Origin: Candidatus Saccharimonadota bacterium
Lineage (GTDB): Bacteria; Patescibacteriota; Gracilibacteria; UBA1369; 2-02-FULL-48-14
Assembly (NCBI GenBank): GCA_041661045.1
Contig: JBAZVE010000001.1
Coordinates: 1 to 32,000, forward strand
Length of the DNA: 32,000 bases
Direction: 5' to 3'
Shown here piece by piece: positions 26,670 to 32,000 of this stretch. The notes under the pieces were generated by a model. That model was not told the origin of the DNA. It ran no database searches and was given only the letters and a program-made list of their open reading frames with translations. Position 1 is the first letter of the stretch. The number at the start of each line of letters is the position of its first letter. Made by a program: the position numbers and the translations under genes.

Positions 26670-27094
26670 CGAGACTCAATCAAGTTCTGGAGCTTTGCGA
26701 GTTCTTGATCTGTAAAAAAGGCGGGTCCACTTAGTTTTCTTGAGACGGTTGCCTGATCACACCCCAGAGCTTTTGAGATGTCTTTTTGCGTAATACTCAT
26801 TTCAGCGAGTCGTCTTTTTAAAGCCCACCGTTTTCCTTCCCCTATTTTCGATAGGTCTAAGAGAGTCCTTTCGTCTACACCCCCTTCATCTTCATTCAAA
26901 AGTTCAAGCACTTCTTTCACTTTTTCTCCTATGCTTAAAAGTTCCTTGAGGAGATCTTGGTGGGTTTTCGCTCTTAAGAGCCTCTTTCTCAGTATAGAAG
27001 CCAGTAAGTCTGCTACTTGATAGGCAAGAAGATGCGCGTGAAGCTCTGCTAGATCTTCAATGGGTCTACCCGTATCTGTTGCCTTTAAATTCAT
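26645..27094 (-). CDS. Helix-turn-helix DNA-binding protein (helical N-domain, C-terminal XRE/Cro-like HTH)
   Basis: The HTH is ITQKDISKALGCDQATVSRKLSG. The track start is TTG 27103; ATG 27094 is preferred. The 3' end overlaps purD by 25 nt (convergent). Confidence 0.6.
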   Translation of the reverse strand: MNLKATDTGRPIEDLAELHAHLLAYQVADLLASILRKRLLRAKTHQDLLKELLSIGEKVKEVLELLNEDEGGVDERTLLDLSKIGEGKRWALKRRLAEMSITQKDISKALGCDQATVSRKLSGPAFFTDQELAKLQNLIESRQPRRSRM

Positions 27095-27102
27095 GTTTTT
27101 CA

Positions 27103-27130
27103 AGCTGATTATTAGGAGATATTATCAGCT
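27103..27130. promoter_or_regulatory. 7-bp inverted repeat with 14-nt spacer immediately upstream of the HTH gene (operator candidate)
   Basis: The arms are AGCTGAT (27103-27109) and ATCAGCT (27124-27130). Confidence 0.3.
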
Positions 27131-27166
27131 AAAAGTTTATTTCTGTCAATCCTAGTCGTTGGCGAC

Positions 27167-27181
27167 CCTTGTAGGATTGTC
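27167..27181 (+). repeat. Direct repeat copy 1 (ccttgtaggattgtc)
   Basis: It matches 27272-27286 (ccttgcaggattgtc) at 14 of 15 positions. The two copies bracket the tRNA-like module and its terminator. Confidence 0.6.
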
Positions 27182-27191
27182 ACCAGCAAGG

Positions 27192-27219
27192 CCGGGTTCG
27201 ACCCCCGGTAGGTCCACCA
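27192..27219 (+). ncRNA. tRNA/tmRNA-like 3' module: T-arm + acceptor 3' strand + discriminator A + encoded CCA (full gene not resolved)
   Basis: It reads CCGGG-TTCGACC-CCCGG (5-bp T-stem, 7-nt TTCGA-type loop), then TAGGTCC, A, CCA (27217-27219). A strong terminator follows 10 nt downstream. No matching D-arm or anticodon arm was found. Confidence 0.45.
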
Positions 27220-27229
27220 CTGAACAAGC

Positions 27230-27258
27230 AAAAAGCCCTTCATGCTGAGGGGCTTTTT
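27230..27258. terminator. Bidirectional rho-independent terminator
   Basis: The sequence is aaaaaGCCCTTCAtgcTGAGGGGCttttt, an 8-bp stem (one G-U pair) with a 3-nt loop. It has an A5 run upstream and a T5 run downstream. Confidence 0.7.
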
Positions 27259-27271
27259 GATAATCGGGCAT

Positions 27272-27286
27272 CCTTGCAGGATTGTC
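27272..27286 (+). repeat. Direct repeat copy 2 (ccttgcaggattgtc)
   Basis: See copy 1 at 27167-27181. Confidence 0.6.
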
Positions 27287-27313
27287 TTCGGTATTATACC
27301 AATGTCTTCTTGT

Positions 27314-27340
27314 AAAGAAAAGACCTTGTGCCCGGGCACA
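27314..27340 (-). terminator. Terminator-like GC palindrome after the YtxH gene
   Basis: The minus strand reads TAA-tc-TGTGCCCGGGCACA-aggtcttttcttt. The same 16-mer, aatctgtgcccgggca, occurs after rsmG at 4923-4938. Confidence 0.5.
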
Positions 27341-27342
27341 GA

Positions 27343-27837
27343 TTATTTGCTCTTTTTCTTAGATGCTTTTTTCTTGGCGGTCTTTTTTGGAGCGGCCGTT
27401 TTTTTGGGAGCAGCTTTTTTAGGAGCGGCTTTCTTTTTTGAAGTGCTTTTCTTCACAGGCTTCTTTGCAAAACGATCGTCCAGTATCGCTTTTTGTTCCT
27501 TCACATACTTGCCCACCACGCGCTTGAATTCTTCCGCCTTTTTGTTGGCTTTTCGGAGCATGTCATCGAGTTCCTCGCGCTTCATGTTAGCGACATCCGC
27601 TGCTTTGTCCTTTGCGTTTTCCAAAGCCTCGTGAACCCCTGGATTTTTGCTGAAATCCATGACCATGTCGCGCATCTCTTCTCCCATATTTTCAAGATCC
27701 TTCAAAAGACCTTTCGTATCGCCTTTCGCGATTTTTTGACGAATATTTTTACCTTCATCGGGTGCAAATAAAAGTCCTGTCAACGCACCGGTAACGAGTC
27801 CGATACCGAGTGCAATTTTTCCTGCTTTCTTTCCCAT
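27343..27837 (-). CDS. YtxH-domain protein with a histone H1-like Lys/Ala/Pro-rich C-terminal tail
   Basis: The N-terminus is GKIALGIGLVTGALTGLLFAPDEGKNIRQKI, which is YtxH-like. The C-terminus is KKPVKKSTSKKKAAPKKAAPKKTAAPKKTAKKKASKKKSK. Confidence 0.75.
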   Translation of the reverse strand: MGKKAGKIALGIGLVTGALTGLLFAPDEGKNIRQKIAKGDTKGLLKDLENMGEEMRDMVMDFSKNPGVHEALENAKDKAADVANMKREELDDMLRKANKKAEEFKRVVGKYVKEQKAILDDRFAKKPVKKSTSKKKAAPKKAAPKKTAAPKKTAKKKASKKKSK

Positions 27838-27867
27838 GGCGTGGGGTTGTTAATGATTATTTTTACT

Positions 27868-28449
27868 CTAGTCGGTGAGGAGGTTAATGTCAAACTCCTT
27901 AAGCATAATATTGAGGCGGTACAAGGGCAGGCCCACAACGGTGAAATAATCTCCTTCAATTTTTTGAATGAATAAGGCCCCTATGCCTTGAGCCGCGTAC
28001 GAGGCTGCTTTGTCCATGGGCTCGCCCGTTTCAATGTAGGCACGAATTTCTTCATCGGTGAGGGGCAGAAATGAAATGCGTGTGGATTCGATGTGACTGA
28101 TTTTTTTCTTGCCCTTTATGAGGCAGAGACCCGTGAGCACTTCGTGAGTCTCCCCTTGCAGCATTTTGAGCATGGCAAAGGCATCGTCTTTGTCTTTTGG
28201 TTTTTCGAGGACAAGATCCTGAAAAGCACCCACCGTGTCCACCCCAAGAACCAAGTCATTCGGATGGTTTTTGGCGATTTCTGTGGCTTTTCCCTCCGCG
28301 TTGAGCTTAACCGCTTCATGAGCGGAGCATGATCTGGAATCGATTTCCTTAAAATGTACGGCGGGCTCCACCTTAAAATCGAGGCCAATGGATCTTAAAA
28401 GTTCAGAGCGGCGCGGGCTTTGAGAGGCCAAGATGAGGGTTGTTTTCAT
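27868..28449 (-). CDS. maf: Maf-like nucleoside triphosphate pyrophosphatase
   Basis: Motifs are LILASQSPRRSELL, the GVDTV motif and the AGAYAIQG-like YAAQGIG. Confidence 0.9.
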   Translation of the reverse strand: MKTTLILASQSPRRSELLRSIGLDFKVEPAVHFKEIDSRSCSAHEAVKLNAEGKATEIAKNHPNDLVLGVDTVGAFQDLVLEKPKDKDDAFAMLKMLQGETHEVLTGLCLIKGKKKISHIESTRISFLPLTDEEIRAYIETGEPMDKAASYAAQGIGALFIQKIEGDYFTVVGLPLYRLNIMLKEFDINLLTD

Positions 28450-28455
28450 TTTCCT

Positions 28456-28484
28456 TTGACAATATCAGGTTTCACCCCTATATT
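28456..28484 (+). promoter_or_regulatory. Sigma70-type promoter for rpsT
   Basis: It reads TTGACA (28456-28461), a 17-nt spacer, then TATATT (28479-28484). Confidence 0.5.
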
Positions 28485-28534
28485 TTACGGGCAATTTTTT
28501 AAATCTCCAAGTCGAACTCCTAATACATTAAGGT

Positions 28535-28801
28535 ATGCCGATCATTAAATCCGCTAAAAAAGCCGCAAAACAATCTCTTGTAAAGCGCGACCGCAACTAT
28601 TTGACTCGTACTGCACTTCGAAAGGCCATTCGTGCCTTCAGTGATGCGGTTAAGGGAGGAAAAAAGACTGAGGCTGAAAAGCTTTTGGTTCCCGCCTTCA
28701 AGATCATTGATACCGCTGCCAAGAAAAAAGTGCTTGAAAAGAACACCGCCGCACGACGAAAATCTCTGCTGGCGCGCAAATTGGCCGGGATCAAGGCTTA
28801 A
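28535..28801 (+). CDS. rpsT: 30S ribosomal protein S20
   Basis: It begins MPIIKSAKKAAKQSLVKRDRN and is an 88-aa basic helical protein. Confidence 0.9.
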   Translation: MPIIKSAKKAAKQSLVKRDRNYLTRTALRKAIRAFSDAVKGGKKTEAEKLLVPAFKIIDTAAKKKVLEKNTAARRKSLLARKLAGIKA

Positions 28802-29522
28802 TAAGAATCATCCGAATTTCACCATTTAAATCCTGGAGACTCTCCAGGATTTTTTGCATTGGGTAAACCGCAGCTTCTCCACGAATGGTTCCGGGGTCAT
28901 TTACAATAAAATCCTCTCCCTGGTAAGCCGTGATCACCAGGGTGTGAAAGACCGGTCCCGGCTCTCCGTAATGTGGACTTTCAAAGTTTTTCACGGGAAT
29001 AATGAGTATCCCCCCTTCTTCCAAAGCCGCCATCATGGTTTCTCTGGAAACTTCGTAAGAGATTTGCGCCTGTAATCCATAAAATTCGGTCAAAATCCTG
29101 AGCGTTTGAGTGAGATCCGTGTCTTTGTAGGTGCCCAGATTGAGTTCTTCCCATTCTTTTAGGCTGAGGAGTGCCTGGCCCACAATCTCTCGTGTGGGGG
29201 CTTCCTCCTGATTTGCCCACAAAAAAGCCATGAAAGCCGAAGCTTCTTCTGCAAAGGAGGCCCAGGGATCCGTCCAAAGTCCGTATGGAGCTTGGGAAAC
29301 AAAGGGGACTTTTTGGGCTTCCGGAGCTGTCTCTTCGATGGGCGCTACCATCTGTGAACTTATTTTTTGTTCAAGCTTGTCCTCCATGACTATAGCGGAG
29401 ACTGCGGGGGTTTCTTCCCCGTTGGTCCATTGCTTGGCCACCAGCATCCCGTCCACAAAGGCGATGAGGATGACGAATAGGCTGAGGTATTTGCTTTGCC
29501 AGTCTTGATGCATAGGACTCAT
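28791..29522 (-). CDS. Membrane-anchored peptidase C39-like domain protein (possible Cys-less variant)
   Basis: It has an N-terminal TM helix (YLSLFVILIAFVDGML), then VPFVSQAPYGLW....AEEASAFMA, a later FHTLVITAY and VNDPG. This resembles the Peptidase_C39_2 layout as I recall it. Confidence 0.55.
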   Translation of the reverse strand: MSPMHQDWQSKYLSLFVILIAFVDGMLVAKQWTNGEETPAVSAIVMEDKLEQKISSQMVAPIEETAPEAQKVPFVSQAPYGLWTDPWASFAEEASAFMAFLWANQEEAPTREIVGQALLSLKEWEELNLGTYKDTDLTQTLRILTEFYGLQAQISYEVSRETMMAALEEGGILIIPVKNFESPHYGEPGPVFHTLVITAYQGEDFIVNDPGTIRGEAAVYPMQKILESLQDLNGEIRMILIKP

Positions 29523-29542
29523 TTAAGCAGATTTTTCATGTG

Positions 29543-29572
29543 TTGACAAGCGATGGTCTGGCACTCTACAAT
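29543..29572 (+). promoter_or_regulatory. Sigma70-type promoter for clpB
   Basis: It reads TTGACA (29543-29548), an 18-nt spacer, then TACAAT (29567-29572). Confidence 0.55.
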
Positions 29573-29584
29573 TTTAAGTGCTAA
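29558..29584. promoter_or_regulatory. CIRCE-like inverted repeat (HrcA operator candidate) overlapping the clpB -10
   Basis: The sequence is CTGGCACTC-N9-AAGTGCTAA, against the consensus TTAGCACTC-N9-GAGTGCTAA. That is 7/9 and 8/9 matches with the exact 9-nt spacer. Confidence 0.55.
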
Positions 29585-29600
29585 TTCAACCACACTCACC

Positions 29601-32000
29601 ATGAACCTTGATCGATTCACCACCAAATCGGCAGAGGCCCTTGAGGGGGCCGTGACTCTCGCAGAGAAATTGGGGCATGCCAGCCTTACTCCCCTGCATC
29701 TTTTTGTGAGCCTTTTGAAGCAAGATGGCGGCCTGGTGCCCGGTTTACTGGAACAATTGAAACAAAATCCCGAGCGAGTGGCTGAAAAAGTACGCAGTGA
29801 AATTTTAAAAGCTCCCAGCGTGAAAGAAGGGGTGCGCCCTCAAGTGGACCGTGCACTTCAAATCACTCTGGAACGAGCAGAAAAAGAAGCTGCCAAAATG
29901 AAGGATGATTATATCAGCGTGGAACATCTTTTTTTGGCGCTTTTGGAGGACAGTTCCATCAGAAAACTTTTTCCCGTGGACAGAGGCATCGTGGACGAAG
30001 AATTAAAGAAAATAAGGGGCCGACAGCGCGTTTCCGACCCTAATCCCGAGAACAAATACCAAGTGCTTGAAAAATATACAGTGGACCTCACCCGCAGAGC
30101 TGGCGAGGGTAAAATTGATCCCGTCATTGGACGAGATGAGGAAATCCGTCGCACCATGCAAATTCTTTCACGAAGAACTAAAAATAACCCTGTTTTGGTG
30201 GGTGAGCCGGGTACCGGAAAAACCGCCATTGTAGAGGGTCTGGCAAAGAAAATCGTGGAAGGAGATGTGCCTGAAAATTTGAAATATAAAAAACTCCTTT
30301 CCTTGGACTTGGCCGCCATGATTGCCGGCACCAAGTTCCGTGGGGAATTTGAAGAACGACTCAAAGCGGTGATTACGGAAATTGAAGGATCCAGCGGAGA
30401 CATCATTCTTTTCGTCGATGAACTCCATACTATTGTGGGTGCCGGAGGCAGTGCAGACGGAGGTGCAATGGATGCGGGGAATATGCTTAAACCCGCTTTG
30501 GCCAGGGGGCAGCTGCGCACCATTGGCGCCACTACCCTTAAAGAGTACCGCCAGCACATCGAAAAGGATGCCGCTTTGGAACGCCGATTCCAACCGATTA
30601 TGGTGGAGGAACCCAGCATCAAAGACAGCCTCTCCATCCTTCGTGGAATCAAAGAAAAATATGAAGTTCATCATGGGGTGCGTATTCGTGATAATGCTTT
30701 GGTTGCCGCCGTGAATCTTTCGAGCCGCTATATCACCGATCGTTTTTTGCCCGATAAAGCCATCGACCTTATGGATGAAGCGTGCAGCGTGATTCGCATT
30801 GAAAACGACAGCATGCCTACTGACATCGACCGCTTGAGAAGAAAGATTTTACAGCTTGAGATTGAGCGGGAGGCTCTTAAAAAAGAAGAGGACAGTGCTT
30901 CTCAAAAACGCCTGCAGGAATTGGAAAAAGAATTGGCGGAGTTGAAAGAAGAAAACAAAGGCTTGGAGCTCAAGTGGCGCAAAGAAAAAGAGGCTATGGA
31001 TGAGATGAAAGCGATAGACAAAGAGTTGGAGGACTTGAAACAGGAATCGGCGGCGGCCGAACGCAATGGAGATTTGCAAAAAGTGGCGGAGATTAAGTAT
31101 GCAAAAATACCGGCCTTGAAAGAAAAGGCCGCCGCCCTTGAAAAAAAGATGGAGCGCAAACAAGGTGGTGAAAAACTCCTGCGAGAAGAAGTGACGGAAG
31201 ACGATATTGCCCAAGTGGTTTCGCGCTGGACGGGCATTCCGGTCACCAAAATGTTGGCCCAAGAATCGGACCGTTTGGCGCACCTGGAAGAGGAAATTGG
31301 TAAGCGAGTGATTGGGCAGAAAAAAGCTATTGAGGCCGTGGCAAAAGCGGTGCGCCGCAGCCGGAGTGGACTCCAAGATGAGGATCGCCCGATGGGTTCA
31401 TTTTTATTCCTCGGGCCCACCGGCGTTGGGAAAACCGAATTGGCCAAGGCGCTTGCGGAATCTCTTTTTAGTGACGAACGCCACATGGTTCGCATCGATA
31501 TGTCCGAGTACATGGAAAAACAATCGGTGGCACGACTCGTGGGCTCCCCCCCCGGGTATATCGGCTATGAGGAAGGTGGCCAACTCACGGAGGCGGTTCG
31601 AAGGCACCCTTATTCCGTCGTCCTCTTTGATGAAGTGGAAAAGGCGCACCCGGATGTTTTTAATGTGCTTTTGCAACTCCTGGATGATGGCCATTTGACC
31701 GACAGCAAGGGCCGCACCGTGGATTTTAAAAACAGTGTCATCATCATGACCTCCAATTTACCCCCCGAAAATCTTCAAAGCTTCTTCCGTCCTGAATTTT
31801 TGAACCGCATTGATGGAACTATCCTTTTCGACCGCTTAACCCCGGAAGAAATCACCGAAATTGTAGGCTTGCAAATGGCACGCATCGAAGAACGACTTCA
31901 AAAGAAAGGTATTTCACTCAAGATCAGTCAGGCCGTGCTCAAACACATTGCGGAGGCCGGTTACGACGAAGTCTTTGGTGCTCGCCCCCTCAAACGCTTC
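29601..32000 (+). CDS. clpB: ATP-dependent chaperone ClpB (partial, continues beyond the window)
   Basis: Hand translation from ATG 29601 stays open to 32000 (800 codons). NBD1 has [15 protein letters not shown] and FVDELHT. A long coiled-coil middle domain is present ([10 protein letters not shown]...[10 protein letters not shown]). NBD2 has [15 protein letters not shown] and [23 protein letters not shown]. It is missing from the ORF track because it is open-ended. Confidence 0.95.
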   Translation, partial: MNLDRFTTKSAEALEGAVTLAEKLGHASLTPLHLFVSLLKQDGGLVPGLLEQLKQNPERVAEKVRSEILKAPSVKEGVRPQVDRALQITLERAEKEAAKMKDDYISVEHLFLALLEDSSIRKLFPVDRGIVDEELKKIRGRQRVSDPNPENKYQVLEKYTVDLTRRAGEGKIDPVIGRDEEIRRTMQILSRRTKNNPVLVGEPGTGKTAIVEGLAKKIVEGDVPENLKYKKLLSLDLAAMIAGTKFRGEFEERLKAVITEIEGSSGDIILFVDELHTIVGAGGSADGGAMDAGNMLKPALARGQLRTIGATTLKEYRQHIEKDAALERRFQPIMVEEPSIKDSLSILRGIKEKYEVHHGVRIRDNALVAAVNLSSRYITDRFLPDKAIDLMDEACSVIRIENDSMPTDIDRLRRKILQLEIEREALKKEEDSASQKRLQELEKELAELKEENKGLELKWRKEKEAMDEMKAIDKELEDLKQESAAAERNGDLQKVAEIKYAKIPALKEKAAALEKKMERKQGGEKLLREEVTEDDIAQVVSRWTGIPVTKMLAQESDRLAHLEEEIGKRVIGQKKAIEAVAKAVRRSRSGLQDEDRPMGSFLFLGPTGVGKTELAKALAESLFSDERHMVRIDMSEYMEKQSVARLVGSPPGYIGYEEGGQLTEAVRRHPYSVVLFDEVEKAHPDVFNVLLQLLDDGHLTDSKGRTVDFKNSVIIMTSNLPPENLQSFFRPEFLNRIDGTILFDRLTPEEITEIVGLQMARIEERLQKKGISLKISQAVLKHIAEAGYDEVFGARPLKRF

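Noticed and set aside
26654-27219. A full-length tmRNA gene ending at the CCA (27219), with GGACCTA at 26654 as the 5' acceptor strand
   Set aside because: It would be about 566 nt, far longer than typical tmRNAs. It would give A3:U70 rather than G3:U70. It starts inside purD and lies antisense to the whole HTH ORF, which has a convincing HTH motif. I could find no tag-like reading frame ending in a hydrophobic ..AA stop. A 7-mer match allowing G-U pairs is expected by chance roughly once per kb.
27130-27219. A complete canonical tRNA gene ending at 27219
   Set aside because: No sequence complementary to TAGGTCC occurs in the preceding 100 nt or so. No D-arm or 7-nt anticodon loop can be drawn. 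Only the T-arm and acceptor 3' half are present.
27242-27634. 130-aa plus-strand ORF rich in Phe, Leu and Ala
   Set aside because: It is the mirror image of the lysine-rich YtxH tail (the AAA/AAG codons read as TTT/CTT on the opposite strand). The minus-strand YtxH reading frame has real motifs.
29909-31694. Minus-strand ORFs of 96-247 aa opposite clpB
   Set aside because: The plus-strand frame from 29601 is open for 800 codons and contains both AAA+ Walker motifs of ClpB. The minus-strand ORFs are low-complexity shadows.
1-32000. Alternative genetic code (UGA as Gly or Trp, as in Gracilibacteria/SR1 or mycoplasmas)
   Set aside because: dut and purD end at TGA at the expected C-terminal positions (RGGFGSTG-stop, and the full-length PurD end). 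No conserved gene needs read-through of an in-frame TGA.
1-32000. CRISPR arrays, IS elements, integrases, toxin-antitoxin pairs or known defence-system genes
   Set aside because: I scanned the ORF translations and intergenic regions. I found no repeat-spacer periodicity, no DDE/serine/tyrosine recombinase motifs and no recognisable defence or TA domains.

Overview
The window is a compact bacterial chromosome segment. TGA acts as a stop (dut, purD), so translation uses the standard code, and almost no start codon has a Shine-Dalgarno motif upstream. Gene content and style suggest a CPR/Patescibacteria-type organism, perhaps Peregrinibacteria-like; this is inference only.

Housekeeping genes:
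- rlmI-like (partial), a DUF1003 membrane protein and a HI0933/BaiN-like flavoprotein.
- A short PolX, rsmE, a lipoprotein and rsmG.
- rlmE and an aspartase/fumarase-family lyase.
- secE-nusG-(inserted ORF)-rplK-rplA.
- dut-tmk-folD-purF-purD.
- An HTH protein, a YtxH protein with a lysine-rich tail, maf, rpsT, a C39-like protein and clpB (partial, with a CIRCE-like operator).

Three accessory or unusual regions stand out:
1. A four-gene minus-strand operon (18482 down to 9442). It encodes two paralogous proteins, each made of three tandem TrbC/VirB2-like pilin hairpin modules. It also encodes a 1661-aa protein that fuses one such hairpin to about 11 PKD/Ig-like repeats plus a C-terminal anchor, and a 711-aa 3-TM protein with 6 PKD repeats. 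No secretion ATPase is adjacent. This is my best candidate for an undescribed cell-surface system.
2. An AT-rich insert of about 2.4 kb between rsmG and rlmE. It carries a self-contained orphan gene, a small 3-TM protein and a SET-domain methyltransferase, and is marked by a duplicated hairpin-containing repeat.
3. An orphan tRNA/tmRNA-like 3' module (T-arm, acceptor 3' strand, encoded CCA) followed by a strong terminator and bracketed by a 15-nt direct repeat.

I found no CRISPR array, transposase, integrase, rRNA gene or complete tRNA gene.
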